Positions 19,105-28,699 of a DNA stretch of 64,000 nucleotides are shown one piece after another. This DNA is from a virus (Duplodnaviria > Caudoviricetes). Every line of letters begins with the position of its first letter. Position 1 is the first letter of the stretch. The translations under genes and the position numbers were made by a program. The notes below the pieces were generated by a model that saw only the letters and a list, made by a program, of their open reading frames with translations, was not told the origin of the DNA and did not search any database. The stretch lies in IMG/VR virus record IMGVR_UViG_3300036783_000080, positions 64,001 through 128,000 of that record; one strand, 5' to 3'.

Positions 19105-19340
19105 TTCTGTTCCTCCTCTTGGTTCTCCTTTTGTTGTTCCTCTTCAAGAATCTCTGTACATAATCCAACGCATTCGTCACAGATGTAAACATCTGGTCCA
19201 GCTATTAACTTTTTAACTTGGTGTTGTGTCTTTCCACAGAAGTTACAAACGAGTGAATCAAACCTTCCCTGTATCTTTAACAGCTCATCATACTTTTGAG
19301 CTTTGTCAACAACTTCGTACAGTTCATTGTTAAGTCCCAT
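19101..19340 (-). CDS. stand-alone ClpX C4-type zinc finger protein
   Basis: [34 protein letters not shown] closely matches the ClpX N-terminal zinc-binding domain. Confidence 0.9.
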   Translation of the reverse strand: MGLNNELYEVVDKAQKYDELLKIQGRFDSLVCNFCGKTQHQVKKLIAGPDVYICDECVGLCTEILEEEQQKENQEEEQK

Positions 19341-19753
19341 TATTTCTCTCCTCTCTGCTCTTTAATAGTTGTAATTGTTCGTAACAGGCTTGTATACGCA
19401 GATGGAAGTCCTGCTCTGTCGTCTAACAAGTGGTTATAGTAAAGCTTCTTCTCATCTGGAAATGGAATGAATGACGGTGTTTCGTTTATAGAGTCGAAAG
19501 GTATGTCATTCTCTGTCAGATAGTCTCTCACAGCTCCAAGCTCTGAATCCACCTTCGCTGTATATACCATTAAGTATGCTCCAAACTTCTTACACTCTCT
19601 CAATAGGTCAATCACCATTGGGTACTTATGACCTTCATTGTGATAATCATAGACAGTGTTGTCAAAGTCGTATGCTATTACGATTGAGCCATAGCTGTTC
19701 CATTCCGTTACTAATCTATTAACAACATTGCCTTCATTTAAGTAGAAATCCAT
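19340..19753 (-). CDS. HAD-superfamily phosphatase
   Basis: IAYDFDNTV motif [14 protein letters not shown]. Confidence 0.75.
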   Translation of the reverse strand: MDFYLNEGNVVNRLVTEWNSYGSIVIAYDFDNTVYDYHNEGHKYPMVIDLLRECKKFGAYLMVYTAKVDSELGAVRDYLTENDIPFDSINETPSFIPFPDEKKLYYNHLLDDRAGLPSAYTSLLRTITTIKEQRGEK

Positions 19754-20290
19754 TTATATTTCCCTCTTGAAGTACACCATACCAGAATCAATCAACATAA
19801 ATTCCCAACCATCTTTGCCCTGTTCATTTAACTTCTCAATGTCAAGCTCTGACGCATACTGCTCTTCCAATTCTGAGAAGTTAACTTTCTTGTGTTCGAA
19901 CTTTCGGTTGATAACCGTTCCTCTTGCTCTACGTTTCTGTTCATTCCGTTGTCGAAAGTCTTCCATCAAATCCTTAATGTCTTGTAACCCAATTGGCATA
20001 GCTTCATTTGGAATCTGCGGTTGTCCTCTGAATATTCTCCCATAATTGACCATACGTGCGTTTCTTGCATGTTCTCTACAAAGGATTGCGTCCTCTTCGT
20101 TTAGTATTTCAATTTGGTCAGTAGAAACATCGTATTTGATTGTTTCTTCCGCTTTTGGGTTATGTCCAAGTTTCACTAAGATTGAACGCTCTGGTGCTAC
20201 CTTTTGGCTTTCTGCGTCCTGTAAAACCGTGTACACCGTATCTTCGTGAATATCTTTTCTGATTGCTAAATTATTTGGCTTGTTTGTCAT
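19754..20290 (-). CDS. hypothetical protein with C-terminal DUF4177-like segment
   Basis: LNEQGKDGWEF...YFKRE. Confidence 0.55.
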   Translation of the reverse strand: MTNKPNNLAIRKDIHEDTVYTVLQDAESQKVAPERSILVKLGHNPKAEETIKYDVSTDQIEILNEEDAILCREHARNARMVNYGRIFRGQPQIPNEAMPIGLQDIKDLMEDFRQRNEQKRRARGTVINRKFEHKKVNFSELEEQYASELDIEKLNEQGKDGWEFMLIDSGMVYFKREI

Positions 20291-20323
20291 AATAACTCTC
20301 TCCCTTTGCTATTTGATATCTCA

Positions 20324-20352
20324 ATCATACTAGTCTACTTTTCACTAGTCAA
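20324..20352 (-). promoter_or_regulatory. sigmaA-type early promoter
   Basis: TTGACT-17-TATGAT on - strand. Confidence 0.8.
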
Positions 20353-20398
20353 GTGTTATTTAATAAATAGTTTCAAAAAGAAAGAATATGAAACAATT

Positions 20399-20590
20399 TC
20401 ATATCCACTGAACTTTCGTAGTTTGATAGCCTGAAAGCGTATATTCACCTTTGTACTCCATAGTTTCTTTTGTTCCACATACACCGCAGAATACTCGCTT
20501 TGTCTTGTAGAACTTATCAATCATTGTAACATGCCCGCAACCGCTTTCACATTTATACGCATATAATGTCTTTGGAGGTTGGAAACTCAT
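20399..20590 (-). CDS. zinc-ribbon protein
   Basis: CESGC...CGVC. Confidence 0.6.
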   Translation of the reverse strand: MSFQPPKTLYAYKCESGCGHVTMIDKFYKTKRVFCGVCGTKETMEYKGEYTLSGYQTTKVQWI

Positions 20591-20820
20591 AATGACTTCT
20601 CTTGTATTTTAACCCAAGATGTCCAAAGATATCGTTTACATTTAGTACACTTCAATCCCGTACCACCTTGAGAATCCATATCGAATGTTTTCCAAGTACC
20701 GCCACAAGAACACTTCCCACCGTTGTACGCTGCTCTTTCTGCTTTGGCGACTCTGTGAGCCATGAATCCAACAACGCCGATGAAGATGACAGTCAAGTAA
20801 ATTACTATTTCATCAAACAC
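20587..20820 (-). CDS. membrane-anchored zinc-ribbon protein
   Basis: N-terminal TM, CSCG...CTKC. Confidence 0.6.
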   Translation of the reverse strand: MFDEIVIYLTVIFIGVVGFMAHRVAKAERAAYNGGKCSCGGTWKTFDMDSQGGTGLKCTKCKRYLWTSWVKIQEKSL

Positions 20821-21010
20821 CTTTCTTCACTTCCCCTACAAATCCACATACATATATCCCTGGCATATCAATATAATCAACGATGATTTTGTTTATTTCC
20901 TCTTGTGTTAACTCGTGGTCAACGTCTTTATAAACTGGAGCTGAACGCAAATCGTGGTCACGTATAATGAACTCATATCTTCGCATTTTCTTTCCTTTCA
21001 ATTTTAACAC
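20813..21010 (-). CDS. hypothetical protein
   Basis: ORF in operon. Confidence 0.55.
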   Translation of the reverse strand: MLKLKGKKMRRYEFIIRDHDLRSAPVYKDVDHELTQEEINKIIVDYIDMPGIYVCGFVGEVKKGV

Positions 21011-21012
21011 CT

Positions 21013-21225
21013 CTATTTGTTTGATTTAGTTGTTTCTGGTTCTTCGCACAGTTTAGCTCTTCCAACAACCTTCATAACTCGCATTGAGATGAATTCAACC
21101 CTGTCAATGCGAGTTATGCGATAATCTTTCCCGTCAAGCATTTTAATTGGGTCATTAACCATTACACCTACTGGTACAGAGAAGATTTCCGTGAACTTTC
21201 TAGTTTTTGTCATCCACGTCCACAC
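21013..21225 (-). CDS. hypothetical protein
   Basis: ORF in operon. Confidence 0.55.
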   Translation of the reverse strand: MWTWMTKTRKFTEIFSVPVGVMVNDPIKMLDGKDYRITRIDRVEFISMRVMKVVGRAKLCEEPETTKSNK

Positions 21226-21472
21226 CTCTCCAACGTAGAATTTGTTTCATTCCGTCAGGTATCTCAGTTTGTTTGAAATACGCTGTCACTTCATAAGAAC
21301 GCCCACAAGAACATATCACGTTATGACTATCAACAGGAAGCATTGGAATGTCATTCCCGCATTGACAGCCCACGATAACATGTAGTGTTGTAGATACTCT
21401 TGGCTTTCGCTTCCGCTCAGGTTTAGGTTTCTTCAGTTCCTCTTTGGATACTTGTTTGAATTTACGTTCCAT
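21200..21472 (-). CDS. zinc-ribbon protein
   Basis: CQCG...CSCG. Confidence 0.6.
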   Translation of the reverse strand: MERKFKQVSKEELKKPKPERKRKPRVSTTLHVIVGCQCGNDIPMLPVDSHNVICSCGRSYEVTAYFKQTEIPDGMKQILRWRGVDVDDKN

Positions 21473-21482
21473 TAATTACACC

Positions 21483-21866
21483 TCACTTAATGTACGGTAG
21501 CTCTGCCACTTTAGAAGGGTAGAAGATACCAACCCAATCAGATTTTGTAAAGTATTTGTACTCAGCTAAATCTTCATTGAACTCAACTTTTCTCTTCATC
21601 ACAATAGCTTTTTCTTCATCACTCGCATCTTTTGATTCGTCAACTAATTTTTGAACATAGTCACGTTCATTTATTTTAACATTCACAGAAGAATGTTCAA
21701 CGATTAGTCCAACGAATGATACAAGAATGACTGCCGCCATTACTAATCCCGCTATTATACCGACAATCGACAGAAGGTCGCTGTACAGATGCTCTCCCAA
21801 GTAATAGATTGCGAACGCTAGAATTAACAACATAACGAATAAGACAAGTAGTTTCATATTATTCAC
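21483..21866 (-). CDS. membrane protein
   Basis: two TM helices then soluble tail. Confidence 0.7.
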   Translation of the reverse strand: MNNMKLLVLFVMLLILAFAIYYLGEHLYSDLLSIVGIIAGLVMAAVILVSFVGLIVEHSSVNVKINERDYVQKLVDESKDASDEEKAIVMKRKVEFNEDLAEYKYFTKSDWVGIFYPSKVAELPYIK

Positions 21867-22476
21867 CTTCCTTTACAGCTTCAAATAACGTTTCAATCCA
21901 TTCAATCTTTCCTTGGTGACTTTCCAATCGTTCCTGAAGGCTTCGTTCATAATATGTTACTTCACGTTGCATGTATTTGATTCTTTCTTCTCTGAACTCT
22001 TCCCCTGTGGACTTCTTTAATGTTTTCAGTTGTTCTTCCCAATAGTCCATACCGCAATCAGAATTCATACTAAGTTTGAGTTGATTTATAGCAAAGTCTT
22101 TTAGATTCTGATGTTCATCCGTTGGTGGAGTCCAAGCTTCAACTTCCACTAACACTTTGTTGTAACGTTCCGATATAACCTTTTTGTCAGCTATTACTTT
22201 CTTCATGTGAAGGATAGAACCATTGTAAGATTCTTCAGCCATCTTCTGAGCTTCTTCTACGGTCATTGCTTCTGCCATTTTGAGCTGATGTTTCGCTTCT
22301 GCTAAGTTCTTTTCATAGAAAGAGTTATCTGGAGCAGATGGAAGTGTTAACTCTGCATCCATTCTCTCATCTCTTAAGTGTATAAACGCTCCAAAGTTTC
22401 TTGCACAAGCTAGAATGAATTGTTTCCCAGTGACTGGTTCTCCATCGTGAATACTCGCAGTGTATCCTGTAGGCAT
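21859..22476 (-). CDS. coiled-coil phage protein
   Basis: MPTGYTA...CARNFGA N-terminus, long helical region. Confidence 0.7.
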   Translation of the reverse strand: MPTGYTASIHDGEPVTGKQFILACARNFGAFIHLRDERMDAELTLPSAPDNSFYEKNLAEAKHQLKMAEAMTVEEAQKMAEESYNGSILHMKKVIADKKVISERYNKVLVEVEAWTPPTDEHQNLKDFAINQLKLSMNSDCGMDYWEEQLKTLKKSTGEEFREERIKYMQREVTYYERSLQERLESHQGKIEWIETLFEAVKEGE

Positions 22477-22477
22477 A

Positions 22478-23026
22478 TTAGTTATCCCCTTTCTTTCGTG
22501 GCTCGTGATACCAACATAGTGTCGTTGGTAATACTAATTTGTTCGACAACTCAAGGTCGTCACCAGCATCTGATGGAATGACTAAATTAAGTGGCGGAAT
22601 TTGTTCTGCGTGTTGGTCCATTATTAGACTTAAGAAGTCTGCATATGTAGTGTTTCCAATGTCTGTCACGTATAAGTCGTCATAATAGTTAACCTCTTCG
22701 CCTTTAATCCCTTGTTCATCAAATAATTCTCTGTCACCTTCACTCCATTCATTACGAAGGTATTCAGTTGCTTGCTCTAAGGATTCCGCCGCTACGACTG
22801 TTTGCCATTCATCGTTGAATTTGTATAGATTAACTCTGAACTCATTACCATCAATAAGGAAGATTGGACGAACTTGGACAAAATGATATCCAAGTCCTAC
22901 AAGCCCAATTGCTTTATCCAAAGCTATTACTTTTTCACGCTCCAAGAACTCACTACGCATAAGAGAATCTTGTTCAGTCTTTTGGCTACGCAAAGCAACT
23001 AATTGTGTTAACCGCATATTATTCAC
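22478..23026 (-). CDS. hypothetical protein
   Basis: 182-aa ORF in operon. Confidence 0.7.
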   Translation of the reverse strand: MNNMRLTQLVALRSQKTEQDSLMRSEFLEREKVIALDKAIGLVGLGYHFVQVRPIFLIDGNEFRVNLYKFNDEWQTVVAAESLEQATEYLRNEWSEGDRELFDEQGIKGEEVNYYDDLYVTDIGNTTYADFLSLIMDQHAEQIPPLNLVIPSDAGDDLELSNKLVLPTTLCWYHEPRKKGDN

Positions 23027-23771
23027 TCACTTTCAGATTTAATTTGTCAAGATATGTTTTCATATTCATAGATTTTCCAAAGTTCTTTTGTAACAGAAGA
23101 ACTTCTTTCACATCTCTCCAGATGTTATTATGTTTACTATATTGCGATTCATTGATTGGTTTTAATTCAATGTTACTCCAACTAACACTATCAACAACTG
23201 CTGGAATGTATTTTGGAGTTCCTGAGAATTTAGCTCGGAATAACACCAAATCTCCTTTTTGGATGTCATCTACTCCTCTTTTTTGGTCGTGATAATGACT
23301 GCGTTTTAGTTCAGCTACAATTTCTGATTCCGTGGCCAAACGAACTACATCACTGAACGGTACTCCTTGTAATAAGTGATGTCTTCCAGATGACATTTCG
23401 TATCCAGCCGCATTAATTGTAGCTGAGAATTGTCCAATACTTGGGTTGATTCCAGTAACTTTCTTCGCTCCTGTATGTCCTCTCACAATAACATATTGGT
23501 CAACTTCATATCGTGGTGTTTCGATTACTTCTACACGTGCACTTGGGTCATTTACAATACCATTCCAGTTTTTAAGAGGTTTCCATTCACCTAAATTGTC
23601 ATTGAACCATTCTACGATATCAAAAGGAGCTTGTACACCAAGTTTCACTTCGCCGCTACGTACACGAACACGTCTGAAGTTCGCTTCATTGTTATAATGA
23701 ATTACCAATTCTGCTCCTGTATTTCTAGCGTGGATTAACCATTCGATTGTTGATTTTGTATTTGTATTCAT
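23019..23771 (-). CDS. hypothetical protein
   Basis: 250-aa ORF, AGGAG RBS. Confidence 0.75.
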   Translation of the reverse strand: MNTNTKSTIEWLIHARNTGAELVIHYNNEANFRRVRVRSGEVKLGVQAPFDIVEWFNDNLGEWKPLKNWNGIVNDPSARVEVIETPRYEVDQYVIVRGHTGAKKVTGINPSIGQFSATINAAGYEMSSGRHHLLQGVPFSDVVRLATESEIVAELKRSHYHDQKRGVDDIQKGDLVLFRAKFSGTPKYIPAVVDSVSWSNIELKPINESQYSKHNNIWRDVKEVLLLQKNFGKSMNMKTYLDKLNLKVSE

Positions 23772-23772
23772 A

Positions 23773-24063
23773 TTATTCTCCTACTTTCTCCATAATAGTA
23801 TGATATTCAATAATAGATTCAATTTCTTTTACATAATACATTTTAGAACCAATCACCACTTTTGATAGTTCAATAGCTTTCTCAAGGTCTAAATGTCCAT
23901 ATTCCTTGAGTTGTGTTTCTAATAGATAAACTGGGTAAGATGGTGAGCCAGAAGGATGTACAAACAAGTTTCCCAGTTTAACTATGTAGAAATCTTTTTC
24001 TTTTCTTTTTGTTTCGTGTGATGTTGAAGTTCCTGCCAAAATATAATTTGGATTCTTCTCCAT
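23773..24063 (-). CDS. hypothetical protein
   Basis: GGAGG RBS. Confidence 0.65.
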   Translation of the reverse strand: MEKNPNYILAGTSTSHETKRKEKDFYIVKLGNLFVHPSGSPSYPVYLLETQLKEYGHLDLEKAIELSKVVIGSKMYYVKEIESIIEYHTIMEKVGE

Positions 24064-24103
24064 ACAGCTCGTCCTCCCTGAGAGGAGCTTGTGCCCCTCT
24101 GGA

Positions 24104-24187
24104 TTAGTTTTTAGCGTTGTAGATTAATTCTGATAATTCTGCGTAAGAATGAACGTGTTGTAAATCTTCTACAGTAACGTTTTTCAT
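24104..24187 (-). CDS. 27-aa peptide with its own promoter
   Basis: MKNVTVEDLQHVHSYAELSELIYNAKN, AAAGGAGC RBS, phage-sigma promoter upstream, hairpin downstream. Confidence 0.6.
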   Translation of the reverse strand: MKNVTVEDLQHVHSYAELSELIYNAKN

Positions 24188-24210
24188 TATCAACAGCTCC
24201 TTTCGCATTT

Positions 24211-24249
24211 TCTACATAATAAAAGGAGCGACTCATAAAAGTCCCTCCT
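24211..24249 (-). promoter_or_regulatory. phage-sigma (middle-type) promoter
   Basis: AGGAGG-19-TTTTATTAT. Confidence 0.65.
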
Positions 24250-24457
24250 GGTATCATTATCTGTTATTCACATATTTTTGTACTGAGCCAGAGAGCTTAA
24301 AAATGTAACAAAATAGAATCAAACTTCCAAGTGCTGATGCAATCATTTCGCATTCCCCTCCTGAGTTTGTTCTTTGGATATTTTATTATCATAGGTCATG
24401 TAAACTCCTCCTTCAGCATTATGTTTATCATTAATGTCTGATTTGGAGTTGTACCGA

Positions 24458-25243
24458 TTATATATTGATTAAATTTTCCCCTTCTGGGCAGTAATGAAGT
24501 GCGAACTCTTCAAACATCTCTCCAGCATCTCCAGGAAGCTCTACAAGATTTTCTTTCTCTTCGAAAAGGCATTTGAAAAAGTCCTGTAAAGATATTCCAG
24601 TGAAAAATGGAGTCGTGAAGTTTTCTTTACACTCATCATCATTCAACATGTGTAACACCATAGACTCAAATGTCCAGAAATGATAATGATGGATTATATT
24701 ATTGTCTGTAATGATTCTGTGATGTCCAATAGCTTGTATATCCATTTGGCCAGGATAAATGTCACAATAGAAGAAATCAAACTCTTCATTGTTAGCAGTT
24801 AGAACGTCCTGACAAACAATCGTCAGCTTTTCATGTTCGCCAAAGTTCTGATAATAGAAGTCAATAACATCTTGGTTGAGCTCATATACAACAATCTCTT
24901 CCACTTCTTCCTTCTCAAGAATCTTTTGAACATAATACCCCAAACCTAATCCTGCTACACCTACACGTCCGTGAGCGTAGAACGCGGGCAGGTAATGAGA
25001 TTCAATCTCCATTGGAGTAAGACTCATCCAAGTTTGTCCGTCAATTAGGAACACGGGGACGTTGTGCAAAGGTTCTGGCCAATCCTTGTACATATATCCA
25101 TCAAGCCGCCAGTCTATCTTTTCAACAACTCGCAGCTCTATGTTTTTGTACGTTCTGTTTTGAACCTTTTTACTGAACCAAGCAATCTCCTTCTCTTGAT
25201 ACTCACGTGAAAATGGGTTATCTGGTAATTTTGGATAGAACAT
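24458..25243 (-). CDS. class I SAM-dependent methyltransferase / spermidine-synthase-like fold
   Basis: VGVAGLGLGY, IVVYELNQDVI, VCQDV, FDFFYCDI. Confidence 0.7.
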   Translation of the reverse strand: MFYPKLPDNPFSREYQEKEIAWFSKKVQNRTYKNIELRVVEKIDWRLDGYMYKDWPEPLHNVPVFLIDGQTWMSLTPMEIESHYLPAFYAHGRVGVAGLGLGYYVQKILEKEEVEEIVVYELNQDVIDFYYQNFGEHEKLTIVCQDVLTANNEEFDFFYCDIYPGQMDIQAIGHHRIITDNNIIHHYHFWTFESMVLHMLNDDECKENFTTPFFTGISLQDFFKCLFEEKENLVELPGDAGEMFEEFALHYCPEGENLINI

Positions 25244-25677
25244 TATTTTTCCTCATCTTTCGGTTTGATGTAATCAATTATAGTTAGTTCAGAAGGCGAT
25301 AAGCTTCTGTTTGTTTGAGCTGTAACATATATGCGTAGGTCTTTGTATTCCTCCTCAAGCTTGAGAAGGTCGTTGAGTTCTTCAGGATTGAGTTTCTTCC
25401 CATCTATAAGGATGTAACTTGTAATCCCGTTTTTCCCTCCCTCTCGTACCGCTCCAAGAACCATCTTTTCCAGTCCTTTATAAGAGTTTATTACAACACG
25501 CAGCCCATCCAAGCTTCCTCCGTGCATTCCTTGAAGGCGTTTATATATCCCAAATAAAGATTCCTCTTCACCAATCGTAATGAATATATTGTTGTGTCCT
25601 TCTTTAGATAATTTAATAGCCAACTCCAACATATATCTTGTTTTACCTTGTCCAGCCGCTCCCATTACTAGTTTCAT
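25243..25677 (-). CDS. small RecA/DnaB-like P-loop NTPase
   Basis: GAAGQGKT Walker A, ILIDG, VTAQTNR. Confidence 0.6.
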   Translation of the reverse strand: MKLVMGAAGQGKTRYMLELAIKLSKEGHNNIFITIGEEESLFGIYKRLQGMHGGSLDGLRVVINSYKGLEKMVLGAVREGGKNGITSYILIDGKKLNPEELNDLLKLEEEYKDLRIYVTAQTNRSLSPSELTIIDYIKPKDEEK

Positions 25678-26021
25678 ACTTTGACACGCTCCTTTTTCTC
25701 CTCTTTTGTAACTCTCTCAACATGTGCATCTAATATGGCTTGTACTTCAGCTTTGTTATATCCACCAACAACGTGCTTCCCTCTCCATTCAGCCTTGTAA
25801 TAAGGTCGTCCATTAGGTATTTCACTCACATAGACATTCCCTTTTCCATAGCGTTTATGTTTCTTGAAGTGGTCGGCAGGAACTTTCCCTGCTTTGACCA
25901 TATCAAATGCTGCTTGGGCTTCCTCTCTAGTTGGGAAGACTCCAATTGATTGATATCTCCCTCCACCTAGATGGAGTTTTGCTTGATACTTTCCTGAGTA
26001 ATTCAAATAACCAACTGCCAT
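25674..26021 (-). CDS. AP2-like DNA-binding protein
   Basis: GKYQAKL...SIGVFPTREEAQAAFD plus a second degenerate copy. Confidence 0.6.
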   Translation of the reverse strand: MAVGYLNYSGKYQAKLHLGGGRYQSIGVFPTREEAQAAFDMVKAGKVPADHFKKHKRYGKGNVYVSEIPNGRPYYKAEWRGKHVVGGYNKAEVQAILDAHVERVTKEEKKERVKV

Positions 26022-26228
26022 TTATTTCTTCCTCTCCTCATATACACTTTGTATAATCGCTTCAAATTCTGACAAGGCAAAGAACTTCGCAGGAATATCA
26101 AAGTACATAACCATAATCTCAGTATCCATAACAGATATTCTTGTTACATAAGATTCAAACTTTGGGATGTAGTTCATATGCTTCAAAACAGGTGATTCAT
26201 AGTTGTCATATTGTTCCAGAACATTCAT
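26022..26228 (-). CDS. hypothetical protein
   Basis: GAGGAGG RBS, ATGA overlap. Confidence 0.6.
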   Translation of the reverse strand: MNVLEQYDNYESPVLKHMNYIPKFESYVTRISVMDTEIMVMYFDIPAKFFALSEFEAIIQSVYEERKK

Positions 26229-26893
26229 TTCTTGTCCTCCTCAGTTATCGCTTCCAATATAAGGTCGTCAACGAGCTTTCTCAAGCCTTCATAATCGTAG
26301 TCGTTAACTTTATATTCTTTTCTTCCTTTCAATCTGCAGTCGGCTACGTTAGTTGTTCCTTTTAATACGTCAGTAACAGGTCGAACTTCCCACAACCAAA
26401 CAATATCATCATATAGAGTATTTATATTTGACATGAATTTTATTCCATGATAGCTTACACCCATACGTTCTTTTTCAAAGCGTGTTCTGTTAAATTGCGT
26501 TAACATGTTCCACAGTCGAACAGCTCCTGGAGGGAATCCAAGTGAATAACCTAGCGTGTCGTGTCGATAATCGGTGATTGTTTCGCCATTAAACTCGTAC
26601 TTTACTAAACCATTATGTTCAAACCATTTCTTTGCATCTTCTCCTTGGAAGAATAAAGCTGAGTGTCTTTGTGGGAACTCGATGTATGGATATCCTGCTT
26701 CCTTTAATCTTTTAAAAGCTGGCGTTTCTGCGTTTTCAACTTCTCCTAAAAACGCCGCCGCTTTCTTATGAAGTCTCGCAGTGATAAGTACCGCTGGTTT
26801 GTATCCAAGAACGAAAGCCACCACATCTGCCGATTTATATTTATTCATTGTCTCCACAACGTTGTCTTCTTTAACAACTGCTAATTTATCCAT
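26225..26893 (-). CDS. hypothetical early protein
   Basis: GGGAGG RBS favours ATG 26893. Confidence 0.7.
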   Translation of the reverse strand: MDKLAVVKEDNVVETMNKYKSADVVAFVLGYKPAVLITARLHKKAAAFLGEVENAETPAFKRLKEAGYPYIEFPQRHSALFFQGEDAKKWFEHNGLVKYEFNGETITDYRHDTLGYSLGFPPGAVRLWNMLTQFNRTRFEKERMGVSYHGIKFMSNINTLYDDIVWLWEVRPVTDVLKGTTNVADCRLKGRKEYKVNDYDYEGLRKLVDDLILEAITEEDKK

Positions 26894-26910
26894 TCTTATT
26901 TCCTCCCTTT

Positions 26911-26975
26911 CCACTTGACTAGTGTACTAGCCATCTTACAACTATTATACTAAACTATTCTTTTCCAATAGTCAA
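26911..26975 (-). promoter_or_regulatory. early sigmaA-type promoter plus leader
   Basis: TTGACT-17-TAGTAT, TTGTAAG, CACTAGTCAAGTGGAAA. Confidence 0.75.
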
Positions 26976-27005
26976 GCGTTAATTATGAAAAAGAGGAACA
27001 AAGTT

Positions 27006-27302
27006 TTAAATTTGTTCCTCTTCCTCTCCTAAAACATTTAAAGCAAGGTTTCTCATTGTTTGTATAGCCACGATTGAACGGTTATCTCTTTGTATTCTGC
27101 TTGTATCAACTTGCGTTATATCTTTTAAAGTTTTACGTAGTCTTAAACATTCTTCAGCAAGAGATGCTATGTCAGCTACCTTTAACCAATCTGGAGCTTC
27201 ATCCCCGTAATGTTTAAAATAGTCATAGAGTTCTTGAAGCTCGTGCGTTGTAAATTTACTCATCTTCAGGAAGTCCGAACAGTTTAGATACATGAACGCC
27301 AT
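27006..27302 (-). CDS. hypothetical protein
   Basis: ORF in operon; start may be internal. Confidence 0.6.
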   Translation of the reverse strand: MAFMYLNCSDFLKMSKFTTHELQELYDYFKHYGDEAPDWLKVADIASLAEECLRLRKTLKDITQVDTSRIQRDNRSIVAIQTMRNLALNVLGEEEEQI

Positions 27303-27627
27303 TTTCTCTTAGATAATCAATACCATCCGTCACTCGGTACTCTTCATGATACATAACTGTTAACACTCCTTCTTCAACTAATCGCTTTGCGCAGTCTAAA
27401 CAAGGAGAATGAGAGACAATCACCATTTTTGGGTTATCGTAACTCATCTGTTCCAAAAGATTGATTTCTGCGTGAGTACATCCGCAAGCTCCTGGGACAT
27501 TTGAACATTCTTTATGATTATAGTTTCGAGCTTTACCAATCGTTCCGTCAACAGTAATACCGATGGCCACAACTTTCATACGTTTACATTTATTGTCCAT
27601 CCCATTCACCTTCTTCATCATCTTCAC
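27256..27627 (-). CDS. dCMP deaminase
   Basis: HAE and SPCLDC zinc motifs; start probably ATG 27600. Confidence 0.85.
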   Translation of the reverse strand: MKMMKKVNGMDNKCKRMKVVAIGITVDGTIGKARNYNHKECSNVPGACGCTHAEINLLEQMSYDNPKMVIVSHSPCLDCAKRLVEEGVLTVMYHEEYRVTDGIDYLRENGVHVSKLFGLPEDE

Positions 27628-28588
27628 GTGGAGTGTTCATTTGATTCTCGATATCTTCATCATTTTCGTTATCAAAAATCTTCTCTACAACCTGAACCAA
27701 CCAGTTTGAATCGAAATTGAATGTTGGGTCTTCTAAGCGTTTAGAATGTACCGTATCAATAAGAATGCTCATATATGTTAAGTCTACACCAGTGAGTTGG
27801 TCTTCTAACACTAATGGGTCATTCAGATTCAATTCACTCACTTGGAATATCATCTTCAACACTTGTCCTGCGTTGATTGTGTACCCTCTAGCGATGAACT
27901 TTCTCATACGAAGAATAGACGCAATCGGATATTTTGAACCTGAGTAACGAAGTTCTTTTGTCATTATAGATGTGAGAGTTTCAGCAGGAAGCGTTAACTT
28001 ACCAGTATTGAATAAACTTCCACCTGTCCAATAAGCTACGCCAGTTGGCTCCCAATACGCTTGACAGTGAATGTAATCAAAGTTCTTGTGAACTTCTTCT
28101 GGGCTGCCGTGGAATCGCATAATTAATTGAACACCATCTGATAACGTGATAGCGTTTGAAGATAGGAAAATAGGTCTGAAGTTCTTTTCGTCCTTTGGTT
28201 TCTTTGACTCATCTTTGGGTTGTAATCCTAGTCCTCTGCGGTTGATTTCGTCTTGTTCCATTCCTTCCGTATCTTCAGCGATACCTTTTGAACGAATCAT
28301 TACTTTGACACGTTTCTCTTCAAGAGATTTTAAATCCACACTAGCATGAGTGTCGTGATGTTTATTCCATCTATCTACATAATAACCAGCAACCGCTCTA
28401 CAAGTTTCAAAATCTTTAAAATAGATATCATAGTCATTCGGCTCTTCATTTCCTAATAGGGAAACAATAGCACCCCCAGAAATAAAACAATTCTTTTCAA
28501 CCAGTTCACTCACCTTTTTATCATCTATAGACTTTACCCAGTTTTTGTGAATACGTGCTAATCTTGATTTAATCTGTTTCGTTAACAT
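27590..28588 (-). CDS. nucleotidyltransferase-superfamily protein
   Basis: FISGGAIVSLL...NDYDIYF (GG and DxD), NFDYIHC, R..KFIARGY. Confidence 0.7.
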   Translation of the reverse strand: MLTKQIKSRLARIHKNWVKSIDDKKVSELVEKNCFISGGAIVSLLGNEEPNDYDIYFKDFETCRAVAGYYVDRWNKHHDTHASVDLKSLEEKRVKVMIRSKGIAEDTEGMEQDEINRRGLGLQPKDESKKPKDEKNFRPIFLSSNAITLSDGVQLIMRFHGSPEEVHKNFDYIHCQAYWEPTGVAYWTGGSLFNTGKLTLPAETLTSIMTKELRYSGSKYPIASILRMRKFIARGYTINAGQVLKMIFQVSELNLNDPLVLEDQLTGVDLTYMSILIDTVHSKRLEDPTFNFDSNWLVQVVEKIFDNENDEDIENQMNTPREDDEEGEWDGQ

Positions 28589-28610
28589 TCCAATTCCTCC
28601 TCTTTATCGA

Positions 28611-28651
28611 CTTACAAATAATAAAAGAAGGATTGGACAAAGTATTCTCCC
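28611..28651 (-). promoter_or_regulatory. phage-sigma (middle-type) promoter
   Basis: GGGAGA-19-TTTTATTAT-TTGTAAG. Confidence 0.7.
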
Positions 28652-28699
28652 ATACTCACTATTTGAAGACAAAAGAAAATCCCAACCGTCAAGTTGGGA

